From assembly GCA_963729715.1 (NCBI GenBank), contig CAVSPA010000018.1, forward strand, positions 1 to 64,000: 64,000 nt of DNA, given 5' to 3'. Origin of the DNA: an uncultured delta proteobacterium. Lineage in GTDB: Bacteria; Desulfobacterota; Syntrophia; Syntrophales; UBA2185. Below the pieces are notes generated by a model. That model was given only the letters and a program-made list of their open reading frames with translations, ran no database searches and was not told where the DNA came from. Shown here piece by piece: positions 22,596 through 32,162 of this stretch. Position 1 is the stretch's first letter. Each line of letters opens with the position of its first letter. Made by a program: the position numbers and the translations under genes.

Positions 22596-22654
22596 ACCAA
22601 ACCTCCTTTCTCTTTTTATGAAGTTGGACGATTGCCAAGAATGGTTATCTTTTG

Positions 22655-22978
22655 TCAGTTACCTTTTGTCTCCTCCCGTGAGAAGATCTCCCTGGCAATA
22701 TCCATTTTACTTTTTTCCTTGACATCAATTCCTCTTTTAAGAGCCTCTTCCATAAGTAACTCACCGGATTCCGAAAGCAGGGGATAGCAGGTCTCAAAGG
22801 AATTGAAATAGTTGTATTCACTTTCTTCTCGAAAATCAGTGCGCGTGCCATCAGCTATTAAGTCGGCGATCTCTCTGATCAGATCTTTCGTCAAAAAGTT
22901 CCTTCTCCTTTTATCGAATGTTATCAACTTTTCCCCTTCTTTAATCTTTGGTGGAGATAGACCGTGCCATACTATCAA
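22655..22978 (-). CDS. Hypothetical protein, 107 aa
   Basis: TTG start overlapping the stop of the upstream NifX-like gene; fills the operon gap. Confidence 0.55.
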   Translation of the reverse strand: MIVWHGLSPPKIKEGEKLITFDKRRRNFLTKDLIREIADLIADGTRTDFREESEYNYFNSFETCYPLLSESGELLMEEALKRGIDVKEKSKMDIAREIFSREETKGN

Positions 22979-23304
22979 TCCACTATATCTCCACGGTTCA
23001 ATTTACGCATAATGTATCGATGAAAAACCGCGTCAACACCGCCAATGACGTTATCAATGAACCGGACGTTATATTTTCTCATCAACTCCTGGCAATCATC
23101 CTGGGTGCCCCCGCATATGACTACCTCAACACGCATGCGGCTGAGGAGGGCGGTTTGATCCTCCAGTTGTAAGTCCCCTATGGGAATAACCCCCCTCTCT
23201 TCAATAGTCCCGATGTTATTGACGGTGAACACGACTATTTCAGAAGAGTGATCATATCTGGGTGCGACTCTTCCCTTTATCTGGCAAATGGCAATTTTCC
23301 TCAT
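22975..23304 (-). CDS. NifB/NifX-family (FeMo-co-binding domain) protein
   Basis: KIAI...RVAPRYD...VEVVICGG pattern. Confidence 0.8.
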   Translation of the reverse strand: MRKIAICQIKGRVAPRYDHSSEIVVFTVNNIGTIEERGVIPIGDLQLEDQTALLSRMRVEVVICGGTQDDCQELMRKYNVRFIDNVIGGVDAVFHRYIMRKLNRGDIVD

Positions 23305-23316
23305 GGTTCAGGATTT

Positions 23317-23332
23317 TGCACAGTATATGCCA
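23317..23332 (-). promoter_or_regulatory. sigma54 (-24/-12) promoter
   Basis: TGGCAT-ATACT-GTGCA on the minus strand, upstream of the operon and next to an enhancer-binding protein (bEBP) gene. Confidence 0.6.
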
Positions 23333-23492
23333 TGTGCTACGAATTAAATAATTCACAATAAAGTCAGCTATTTGAGAATATGAGACAATTTAGAGAAGCA
23401 TAAAACGACATTGCAAAATGTTGCAGGATGAAACATCAGAAAGAGTGCCTATGAGCAGAGGCTTATAAGGGTGGGCATTGGAACGTTTCAGA

Positions 23493-23517
23493 CACAATGC
23501 AACAATGTTGCATTGTG
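23493..23517. promoter_or_regulatory. Perfect 25-bp palindrome, candidate enhancer site
   Basis: CACAATGCAACA-A-TGTTGCATTGTG; related TGCAAAATGTTGCA at 23412-23425. Confidence 0.6.
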
Positions 23518-23522
23518 CAACA

Positions 23523-24884
23523 TCAGTTGCTTTGTTTTGAAAAGAGGTTATGCTTTTTCATCTTCCGCCAGAGAGTTGTTCTGTTCATTTGGAGTGCTCT
23601 GGAGGTTTCGCCCCGTCTCCACCCATGTGCTTTGAGCGCCACGAGGAGCTTCTCTTTTTCATTGAAGGAGGCCCCTTGCTTGGAGACAATATCCACATTG
23701 GATGATGAAAACAGCGGGGATGAATTATTTTTCTCAAAAAGATAGAGTGGGAGAAGGTCTTTATCCATTTTTCCGCCTCGGTAAAGGATCATGGCGTGTT
23801 CAATGATGTTTTTGAGTTCCCGGACATTGCCGGGGTAGGGGTAATTAAGAAGAAGTACCATGAAATCGGATGTAACAATCTTAATTTCCTTTCCAAGAAG
23901 TCTCGCCTGCTCTGCCAAAAAATGATCCACAAGCAGAGGGATGTCCGTAGATCTTTCCCTCAGAGGCGGGATTTCGACCTCGACCACCCTCAGACGATAA
24001 TATAAGTCCTGCCGGAAGATCTTTTCCCGGGTCATGTCGGGAAGCTTGCGATTTGTGGAGGTGATGACCCTCACGTCGACAATAACAGGACGGGTAGACC
24101 CAAGGGGATAGAATTCTTTTTCATCCAGGACCTGTAGAAGCTTGGCTTGGAGGTCGTTGGGAAGCTCACCAATTTCGTCGAGGAAGATGGTTCCCCCTTC
24201 AGCCGTCTGGAATCTTCCAAGCTTATCATGCTTCGCATCGGTAAAGGCACCTTTTTTGTATCCGAAAAGTTCTGATTCGAGTAGTTGCGATGGAAGAGCA
24301 GCACAGTTGACTTTGATAAAAGGACCATCTCGGCGATGACTGGCATTGTGAACGGCCTTGGCAAAGATGTCTTTGCCGGTCCCCGTTTCACCGAGAAGAA
24401 GAACAGGGGCATCCGTCGGGGCGACTGTGTTCAGGAGATCGAAGATTCTTAGGATCTTTTCGTCCTTGCCGATGATATCTCCGAAAGAGTGCAACCCCCG
24501 AATCTCCTTTTCTAGGGTGACACGGATCGAGTCATCTTGAAAAGACTCGACACCGCCGATGATCCGCCCCTGATCATCCTGAAGAATCGCAACAGTGATA
24601 TCAACGGGGATCTCTTTGTTGTGCCTGTTCAAAATCCTATTCCGGACCTTGACAATCTTGGAGCCGGTCTCCATAGCCATCCTGAGATAGCACCCCCTCT
24701 GGCAGAGTTCGGTCCGGAAGATCTCATAACATTTACGGCCCAAAGCCTCTTTCTTCGAAAAGCCGGTGATCTTCTCCGCTTCTTCGTTGAAGCAGTTGAT
24801 ATTCCAGCCCATGTCCACGGTGAATATTCCCAAGGCCACACTATTCAGTATTTTCCTGCTATCGAATTCTCTTTTCATAAACAC
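23523..24884 (-). CDS. PAS-domain sigma54-dependent activator
   Basis: PAS N-terminus, GETGTGKD, ESELFGYKKGAFTDA, FLDEIG, PGNVREL, C-terminal Fis HTH. Confidence 0.95.
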   Translation of the reverse strand: MFMKREFDSRKILNSVALGIFTVDMGWNINCFNEEAEKITGFSKKEALGRKCYEIFRTELCQRGCYLRMAMETGSKIVKVRNRILNRHNKEIPVDITVAILQDDQGRIIGGVESFQDDSIRVTLEKEIRGLHSFGDIIGKDEKILRIFDLLNTVAPTDAPVLLLGETGTGKDIFAKAVHNASHRRDGPFIKVNCAALPSQLLESELFGYKKGAFTDAKHDKLGRFQTAEGGTIFLDEIGELPNDLQAKLLQVLDEKEFYPLGSTRPVIVDVRVITSTNRKLPDMTREKIFRQDLYYRLRVVEVEIPPLRERSTDIPLLVDHFLAEQARLLGKEIKIVTSDFMVLLLNYPYPGNVRELKNIIEHAMILYRGGKMDKDLLPLYLFEKNNSSPLFSSSNVDIVSKQGASFNEKEKLLVALKAHGWRRGETSRALQMNRTTLWRKMKKHNLFSKQSN

Positions 24885-24973
24885 GTAAACTTGCCGAAAC
24901 CCAAAGTATAATAACAGTCAAGCCATCTAAAGTCAAACGGATACCCCGGGGTTCTGCGTTCTTGACTTAACCC

Positions 24974-26917
24974 GTGAGTTGTGACACAGAAAAACCGGGA
25001 GGTAGAATGACCTTGGCGACCTTGCGTGACCTTCAGCCGTCGGGCATCGTAAATTATCCTGGAATCGGTTTCCCAAATTTCATCGAAAACATTTTAATCA
25101 GGATTTCCTTCGAGCCTGTAATCAAGGAAAACATCGGGTGGATCGGTACAGCGTACCGCACGGGCCGCAAGAGAAGCTGGACATTCCGGATCCGGGGTTT
25201 CAAAGGGATCTACTGCCTGACTTTTCAGGGTTTCGAGGAGGAAGCAGCGGGTTGGCATCATGGCGTCTTTGAGCTTCAGTATTTCCCGAAGTCCGATGAG
25301 GCCATTCTGGATACTTTTTCCGTCCGGGAAAATCTTCTGCGCCTGGATCCGTTTTTTGATAAATTGGTCCGGCGTGCTCCGGAAGAGGAAGATCCTCTGG
25401 TGTCACAATTCATGGTGGGGAACATAATCTTGACCTGCGATGCCGGCGAGAAAAACCTCTTTCTTTCTCTCTGGGCACCGGTCAGATGGCGTGAGATCCG
25501 GCGGGCAGGCCTCTACATGAACGCACATGACGGGTCGCCGGTGGAGGCCGTTCCTCCGGGGGGCACTGACAGAAATGTTCCCTCTTTCGCCCTTGCTTGG
25601 CCATTCTTCGACAGACTCGTTTTGACCCTTGCCTGCCAAATGAGGCGACCTCCCCTTTGTGTAATACTGAAGCGCAGAAACTGGCCCGTTTGGATCATAG
25701 CCGGAGGCAATGATTGCGTGCCGTCTGAGGAAAATTTTACACTACAGAATTTTCTTTCCGTTGGATTCGGTCCGTGGTCCAAGAATAAGACCGAAGATCC
25801 ACGTGTCAAATGGGCAATGGACTTTTTCCCGGCGGATACCGGTTTCTCCGCATCGTCTAAAACAAGAGTCGTTTGGTCCGTGACACCTTGGAATCCTTTA
25901 CCTAAAAGGGGGAATTCACTATGGTGGAAAGCACCCTTCTGGAAGGAAAAGGGCAGAATGAGAGGATTTCAAACCTTGGGGATTCATTATAGACCCCCGC
26001 TTCTGGTGATCACGGGATTCTTGGGGAGCGGCAAGACGACACTGCTCAACCAGATCGTCGAGTATAAAGCCCTTTCGTCTTACAAGTTCATAGCCGTTAT
26101 CCAGAATGAGGTGGGTGATGTCGATGTAGACAGCAAGCTTATGGACAGCGCTTATTGCATCACGTCCTTGGATGAAGGTTGCGTCTGCTGCACCCTGCTT
26201 GGAGAGTTCCGTCAGGCAGTCCGGAAGATCTGCATCGAATATGAACCGGACTTAATCATTATCGAGACCACAGGTGTGGCCGATCCCCACAGCATCCTTG
26301 CCGCGATCCCTGACCTCGAACCATTTGTCCGCTTTGATACTGTTGTATGTGTTGTGGACGGTCCGAATCTTGAATATATCTTGAAAGACTATCCTGTTGC
26401 ACGATCTCAAATTGAATATGCCAGCTTGATCCTCCTCAATAAGAAGGATCTTATGGATGCAGAAACCCTGGCAAAAGCGGAGAGGATCATCTGTGCAATC
26501 AATCCTCATGCAACTATTCTTCATACGATCTATGCCCGTGTGAATCCAGGCCTTTTTTTCGCCATTGAGGAAAATATTGGTTTGCCAATGATGAAGAGAG
26601 ATCGGATATCACTTGAAGCAACAGATTTGGACGCCCAGCAGGTTCGTGCTTTTACACTCATATTACCCGGGGACCTGAAGGAACCTTGTTTCATGCAGTT
26701 TCTGGATGATCTTCCCGATTCGGTATACCGCCTGAAAGGCGTCATTAAAATAAAGGGCCGGGAGCAACCGCAGCTGCTTCAATACGTGGTCCACCGCTAT
26801 GAAATCTCCAACTTTTTGGAAAAGAACATGGAGCCCAACACTCTCGTCTTTATCGGCCGGAATCTCGACGAAAATGCCTTGAGGAAAGATTTCCTGAGAT
26901 GTCTTGCTGAAGAGTGA
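24974..26917 (+). CDS. COG0523/CobW-type GTPase with long N-terminal extension
   Basis: GFLGSGKTT, GCVCC, ETTG, NKKD and YRLKG in the C-terminal half; first ~340 aa unrecognised; start uncertain. Confidence 0.85.
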   Translation: MSCDTEKPGGRMTLATLRDLQPSGIVNYPGIGFPNFIENILIRISFEPVIKENIGWIGTAYRTGRKRSWTFRIRGFKGIYCLTFQGFEEEAAGWHHGVFELQYFPKSDEAILDTFSVRENLLRLDPFFDKLVRRAPEEEDPLVSQFMVGNIILTCDAGEKNLFLSLWAPVRWREIRRAGLYMNAHDGSPVEAVPPGGTDRNVPSFALAWPFFDRLVLTLACQMRRPPLCVILKRRNWPVWIIAGGNDCVPSEENFTLQNFLSVGFGPWSKNKTEDPRVKWAMDFFPADTGFSASSKTRVVWSVTPWNPLPKRGNSLWWKAPFWKEKGRMRGFQTLGIHYRPPLLVITGFLGSGKTTLLNQIVEYKALSSYKFIAVIQNEVGDVDVDSKLMDSAYCITSLDEGCVCCTLLGEFRQAVRKICIEYEPDLIIIETTGVADPHSILAAIPDLEPFVRFDTVVCVVDGPNLEYILKDYPVARSQIEYASLILLNKKDLMDAETLAKAERIICAINPHATILHTIYARVNPGLFFAIEENIGLPMMKRDRISLEATDLDAQQVRAFTLILPGDLKEPCFMQFLDDLPDSVYRLKGVIKIKGREQPQLLQYVVHRYEISNFLEKNMEPNTLVFIGRNLDENALRKDFLRCLAEE

Positions 26918-27264
26918 AGGATGTTGGCTATCGTATCTGTATCCGTAATAAAAATGCGCATTTACACGGCAAGTTACATAAAATTAACAAAACCCTGCTT
27001 ATGAAAAAAGACCAGCAATGAGCATAATCGCATATGCAGTTATGCATACCATTTGGCATAATTAAAAAAGGATGAGCTTATATCTATTTTGCAGATTTCA
27101 AAGGAAAGTGGATAGATTGCGGGATAGGACTAAGAGAGGATTTTCGATTCCAATAAATTTTGGACAGGAAAGAAGCAATTGACGATCCTCAATCGACGGT
27201 CACATTTCCAACTCTTTTTTCATGCACTGATATCTACAAATTTGCATGGCTTCAGACTCGTAGG

Positions 27265-27345
27265 CTGTGCCGTGTAAAACGTTCTCGGTTAAAGTCTGAC
27301 CCCGTGGGTTCGGTGGTTCGCCTACATAGCTGGAAGGAAGTGTCA
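27265..27345 (+). mobile_element. Degenerate group II intron 5' fragment (relic 2)
   Basis: CTGTGCCGTGTAAAACGT...TCGGTTAAAGTCTGAC...GTTCGCCTACATAGCTGGAAGGAAGTGT aligns with 44029 onward. Confidence 0.7.
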
Positions 27346-27523
27346 ATGGCAGAATTCTAAGTTAACATGCGGTGCGAGAATCGAGAGCACGTCAAATTCG
27401 TGCGTCTCATATGAAACATAAAACGTCGTGCCCCTATAAACTCCTATCCTAATCTATTGGCGGATTATTCGAATGACCTGGCCCTATCAGATCGAATAAA
27501 TCCCCTGCGGACCACTCAGAATA

Positions 27524-28558
27524 CTATTTAAAGGAAAGCAAGCCTGATCTGAGATTTGACTTCTTGTATCTCATTCCCAATTTATTTCGAATGTTGAATC
27601 TGTGAAAATCGACCGTCTGTTGCGAACAGCCCAACAACTCGGCAATATCTTTTGTTCTCTTTCCCTCTTTTACGAGGATAGCAATCTCGATTTCTCTAGG
27701 AGTGAAATTAAAATATCTGGATCTTAAATTGTGCAGGAATGGCGAAACGATATCGCTTAGATGGGATTCTAATATATTTACATAATCCATTTGAGCATTG
27801 CTCAACCGCATCTTCTTGAATTTTTTAATATACGGCATCACAATTTCTTTAACGTTAGATAATATCTTTTCTTCAAGTTCAACTTTGTCGTCTTCCCTGC
27901 GCTTTAATAGAACCGATAATGCAATATTAACTCTTTCGAGATTTTCTGATTTCTTACTTATTTCCCTATCTCTTTTTCGCAGTGCGGCGGCGATTTTCTT
28001 GCGTTCTATAATTTCTTGCTTCAGAAGTTTATTCGCTCTGGAGAGATCGGCAGTCCGATTGTTGACTTGCCGCTCAAGCTCTTCTTCTAGGCGCTTTTGA
28101 TCCGTTACATTTATGACCGTTGCAATGGCTGCCGGCTTCCCCTCGTATGTAAAATAGCTTGGTCTAACCTGTATCCACCGCTCCTTTCCCTTTTTTGTCA
28201 AGATCTTGTATGCCCAAGATGAAGGAAGAGTCTTGTCTCCTTTTTGCCGGGCAAGACCCCTTTCTTTGACTAATGCCTTGAAATCGGGATGAGCATAATC
28301 CCAGAAGTTCATTGTGACGAGTTCCTTTGCGCTGTAACCGGTAAGCAACTCGTGGCTGGGATTCACATACTTAAATTTATTGCCTTGGAAAATGACTATT
28401 GAAGCGGTAGCGGATTCTACAAACGTCCTGAATGGTGCTTCATTTACAGACATTTCATCCGGGTGCTTGCTCACAGTATTTGCGAATATATCCCCCTCAG
28501 ATGATAGATAATCGCTGTTGCGTGATAGCTTTTGTTTCTGTTTTGAATTTTTTCTCAT
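27524..28558 (-). CDS. PAS + LuxR-HTH transcriptional regulator
   Basis: PAS domain (YVNP, HPDF), coiled coil, FTPREIEIA...TVDFHRFNIRNKLG. Confidence 0.9.
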   Translation of the reverse strand: MRKNSKQKQKLSRNSDYLSSEGDIFANTVSKHPDEMSVNEAPFRTFVESATASIVIFQGNKFKYVNPSHELLTGYSAKELVTMNFWDYAHPDFKALVKERGLARQKGDKTLPSSWAYKILTKKGKERWIQVRPSYFTYEGKPAAIATVINVTDQKRLEEELERQVNNRTADLSRANKLLKQEIIERKKIAAALRKRDREISKKSENLERVNIALSVLLKRREDDKVELEEKILSNVKEIVMPYIKKFKKMRLSNAQMDYVNILESHLSDIVSPFLHNLRSRYFNFTPREIEIAILVKEGKRTKDIAELLGCSQQTVDFHRFNIRNKLGMRYKKSNLRSGLLSFK

Positions 28559-28603
28559 TGCGGGACACGCCTCTGCTCTATGATTTACACGACATAGTTT
28601 ATA

Positions 28604-28618
28604 TTAGGTTTTACCTAA
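28604..28618. promoter_or_regulatory. Inverted repeat in divergent promoter region
   Basis: TTAGGT-TTT-ACCTAA followed by a second ACCTAAAA half-site. Confidence 0.35.
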
Positions 28619-28709
28619 AAATAACCTAAAAATTATTAAATATTTTCATATTCATGATTTCAATATAAACGTTTGCGAAAGATTTGCAAGAGATTTCAGG
28701 AGGCGGACA

Positions 28710-29477
28710 GTGTCACAGATTCTTTATAAGAAGGAAGATCATATCGCTTATATTTCTTTAAATAACCCTGACAGTTTAAATGCATTGAATCTGGAAATGG
28801 CGAAAGAATTTGAAGCTATCTGGGTGGATTTTCGGGATGACAAAGAAATGTGGGTGGCCATTTTAAGTGGCGAAGGCAAGTCTTTTTGTGCCGGTGCGGA
28901 TGTAAAAAAGATGGAAAGGGGCCGATGGCAGTTCCGGCAGTCCCTCATTTTAGGGGATTACAGTGTATCCTCCAGACGTCATAACATATGGAAGCCTATC
29001 ATCGCCGCAGTCCATCGCCACGTCTATGGGGCAGGACTTTTATTGGCCCTGGAATCAGATATCAGAATTGCATGCGATGATGCCTTATTTGGAATACCGG
29101 AAGGGAAGGTGAATGTGCCCACATTATTTGCGCCGTTTGCTTCCAGATATATGCCGAGAGCGATAGCTTGCGAGTTATTGTACACAGGAAGGCCAATAGA
29201 TGCACAACGTGCATATCAGGTGGGTCTGGTGAACAAGGTTGTATCCAGAGACCAGCTGATACCCACTGCCACAGAAATAGGAAAACAAATTTGTGAAAAT
29301 GGGCCATTATCAATTTGGGCTACCAAGGAACTATTCTGCAGGGGTGAGGATATGAGCTATGAGTGTGCTCTGGCCCTCATTGAACATATCGTGCCGCCCA
29401 TCTTCAACTCTGAGGATTCCGTCGAGGCTAAACGAGCATTTCTTGAAAAAAGAAAACCTGTATGGAAATTAAAGTAA
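28710..29477 (+). CDS. Enoyl-CoA hydratase/isomerase family protein
   Basis: SFCAGADVK, KPIIAAV, FGIPE, AFLEKRKP. Confidence 0.92.
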   Translation: MSQILYKKEDHIAYISLNNPDSLNALNLEMAKEFEAIWVDFRDDKEMWVAILSGEGKSFCAGADVKKMERGRWQFRQSLILGDYSVSSRRHNIWKPIIAAVHRHVYGAGLLLALESDIRIACDDALFGIPEGKVNVPTLFAPFASRYMPRAIACELLYTGRPIDAQRAYQVGLVNKVVSRDQLIPTATEIGKQICENGPLSIWATKELFCRGEDMSYECALALIEHIVPPIFNSEDSVEAKRAFLEKRKPVWKLK

Positions 29478-29582
29478 GGAAGAGACATGGACGGAGTTTC
29501 AAATCTTCAGGGTCACGAATTGGTATAACGACGCTGAAAATCTTCACCGTCCTTAAATGCAGCCAGCAAGGAGATAATCATC

Positions 29583-30317
29583 ATGTACACTATTAGACCA
29601 CTCTTACTCTCCACCGTGGAAACCAATCGAAGTATGATGACGTACACTTTGTACTTCAACAAGACCGATTCCAATCCGATGGTATGTTGGTACATCAATG
29701 CCGATGGAAAACATATATTGGTGGATACGGGAATATCCGTCGAGGAACACAAAAAGATAGCAAATGTTCCTATGACTGATGTCCAGTCCTTTGAGGCGGC
29801 GCTTCAGAGTATCGGATTAAAGCCTGAAGACATCGATATTGTCATACAAACGCATTTACATTATGACCACTGCGCCAACACGGCAAAATGTACGAATGCC
29901 AAGGTTGTTGTGCAAGAGAAAGAATTAATGTTCGCATATTCCCATGATCCGGTATTTCATCATTTATACGTGAGGAAATATTTTGAGGGGCTGAATTATT
30001 GGCTGATTGACGGAAAAATGGAAATTGTGCCCGGGATCGAGGTTATTCCAATGACGGGACATACCCCGGGATGCCAGGCAGTATCGGTAAAGACGCCGCA
30101 AGGGTTAGCGGTTATCAGCGGTGTTTGTGCAATTAAAGAAAATTTTTTCCCCCCGCCCAAACTCGCAAGCATCTGGCCTGTGTTGATTCCTACATTTCAT
30201 ATAGATGCGAAAAAATCATTCTATGACTTGTTGTATATAAAACACTTGGCAGACATTTTAATCCCTCAGCATGATATCGGCTTTGCATCCATGAAAGAGA
30301 TACCTGCTAACAAATAA
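29583..30317 (+). CDS. AttM/AiiA-type lactonase family MBL hydrolase
   Basis: LVDTG, THLHYDH, GHTPG, IPQHD. Confidence 0.85.
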   Translation: MYTIRPLLLSTVETNRSMMTYTLYFNKTDSNPMVCWYINADGKHILVDTGISVEEHKKIANVPMTDVQSFEAALQSIGLKPEDIDIVIQTHLHYDHCANTAKCTNAKVVVQEKELMFAYSHDPVFHHLYVRKYFEGLNYWLIDGKMEIVPGIEVIPMTGHTPGCQAVSVKTPQGLAVISGVCAIKENFFPPPKLASIWPVLIPTFHIDAKKSFYDLLYIKHLADILIPQHDIGFASMKEIPANK

Positions 30318-30340
30318 TCTACAATCTTAGGAGGCTGAAG

Positions 30341-31066
30341 GTGAACAAAGTACATACAAATGTGATGGATGCGATCACTGATATCACAGACGGAAGTTCA
30401 GTTATGATGCAAAGCTTCATCGGTCCGCTGGGAGTGGCGCAAACCTTAATAGAAAATTTAACAAAATTAGGCTCGAAGGATTTGACACTCATTGTAACCG
30501 CTAACATCAGTCATGCCGGAGGCTATACAATCCATCCACAGTTTAAGCCTTTCATTGCGCCGAGAATTCTTATTGAAGCTGAGCGGGTGAGAAAAGTTAT
30601 TCTGGGCTGGGGAGTGGGCGCCCAGTTTCCAGGAGAAGAAAGGTCCCCCTGGATAGGTAGAGAGGAAAAACTCGATTATGAATATTTGCCAATAGGAGTA
30701 ATGGCACACCGTATACGTGCTGCCGGAACCGGGATGGGAGCCTTTTACAGTCCTGTTGGACCCGGCACTTGGTTTGCGAAAGGCAAAGAAGTGCGAGTGA
30801 TTAATGGACAGGAATACCTCTTGGAATTTCCACTCGGAGCTGACTTTGGATTTGTCAGGGCCAGTAAGGCAGACAAGCTGGGAAATCTTTACTACAAGCT
30901 CTCAGAACGCATGTACTCTCCGCTGATTGCCAAAGCATGCAAAACGACCATAGCTGAAGTCGATGAAATTGTTGAACCCGGCGAAATTGCTCCTGACCAG
31001 ATTATTACACCCGGTATTTATATAGATAGAATTGTGCTTACTGATAGAAAGGTGGTGCCCCAGTGA
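30341..31066 (+). CDS. Family I CoA-transferase subunit A
   Basis: RIRAAGTG, ADKLGNL, EVDEIV, IITPGIYIDRIV. Confidence 0.9.
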   Translation: MNKVHTNVMDAITDITDGSSVMMQSFIGPLGVAQTLIENLTKLGSKDLTLIVTANISHAGGYTIHPQFKPFIAPRILIEAERVRKVILGWGVGAQFPGEERSPWIGREEKLDYEYLPIGVMAHRIRAAGTGMGAFYSPVGPGTWFAKGKEVRVINGQEYLLEFPLGADFGFVRASKADKLGNLYYKLSERMYSPLIAKACKTTIAEVDEIVEPGEIAPDQIITPGIYIDRIVLTDRKVVPQ

Positions 31067-31749
31067 AAAAGACCCTTGATAAACATGAAATGGCCAGACG
31101 TATGGCACAAGAATTAAAGGATGGGGACGTAGTAAACTTAGGAATAGGAATACCATCTCTGGCTTCCAGTTATTTGCCAAAAGACATACAGATAATATTT
31201 CATGTAGAGAACGGCATTATTGGTTTTGGAAGAGTGCTTGGCAAGCAAGAGGTAGAATCGATGGATTATTATCTGGCAAATGCCGGGGGCCAGTTCATTG
31301 CCCCGATACCCGGTATGTGTATAGTCGATTTTGCCGAGTCTTTTGACGCTGTCCGGACGGGAAGAGTAAATATCACCATGTTAGGCGCTTATCAAGTCTC
31401 AAAAAGTGGTGATATAGCAAGCTGGACAGTTAGTCAAACGGTGGATGAGGTCTCTCCCTCGTCTCTAACGCTCGGCGGCGCCATGGATATGCCGATCGGG
31501 CCTAAGAAGGTCATTATTGGGATGAAACATTTAACCAATGATGGAAAACCCAGGATAGTAAATAAATGTGATTTGCCATTGACAGCAGTGGGTAAGGCTA
31601 AACTGATAATTACAGATGTGGCTGTTATTCAGGTTACACCCGCGGGATTGGAATTGTTGGAAATAGCACCAGACTGGGATCCGGAAGACGTTCAAGCGAT
31701 AACTGAACCACCTTTGATAATTTCACAAAAAATAAAAAAGATGTTTTAG
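31063..31749 (+). CDS. Family I CoA-transferase subunit B
   Basis: VNLGIGIP, ENG with catalytic Glu, GGAMD. Confidence 0.9.
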   Translation: MKKTLDKHEMARRMAQELKDGDVVNLGIGIPSLASSYLPKDIQIIFHVENGIIGFGRVLGKQEVESMDYYLANAGGQFIAPIPGMCIVDFAESFDAVRTGRVNITMLGAYQVSKSGDIASWTVSQTVDEVSPSSLTLGGAMDMPIGPKKVIIGMKHLTNDGKPRIVNKCDLPLTAVGKAKLIITDVAVIQVTPAGLELLEIAPDWDPEDVQAITEPPLIISQKIKKMF

Positions 31750-32048
31750 AAAATTATCCTTATCTTAAATTTCAAGCTATTGGTGGGTACAATCCGTCGA
31801 TTGCATATTGTGCGACAGAAAATCTTGCCGACGATTTATAGGGATGCATGGGAATGAATTCGCCATTCATATGTATTTAGAAGAAGCAAACTGTTGCTTC
31901 TTATCCCCTTGGGGACTTCACGGCGGATTTTTGACAATCTTCACTATGGAAGCTAATTGGTACTCTGATTAATATCGGAGAAGACGTTAACATAAAAAAC
32001 AGACGAAATCGGATTGCTAAACAGTACTATCTGAAAGGGGGTGTTACT

Positions 32049-32141
32049 GTGTTGTCAGGTGCTCAATTGATAGCCATTTTACACGGCCTTATATTAGTTG
32101 CAGCTGGAGTGATCGGTCTATGGATAAAGAAGCGTTTGTAA
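32049..32141 (+). CDS. 30-aa membrane peptide upstream of symporter (not in ORF track)
   Basis: GTG start, MLSGAQLIAILHGLILVAAGVIGLWIKKRL*, purine-rich RBS-like sequence upstream. Confidence 0.6.
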   Translation: MLSGAQLIAILHGLILVAAGVIGLWIKKRL

Positions 32142-32162
32142 CTTAAGGAGGTGAATTGAAAA

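Noticed and set aside
17529..23304. Further Sec read-through at the terminal TGA stops of other operon genes
   Set aside because: These TGAs are not in Cys-type motifs, and the downstream frames close quickly or look non-coding.
27524..30317. AHL quorum-sensing circuit (LuxR plus lactonase)
   Set aside because: The regulator has a PAS domain rather than an autoinducer-binding domain, and no luxI is present.
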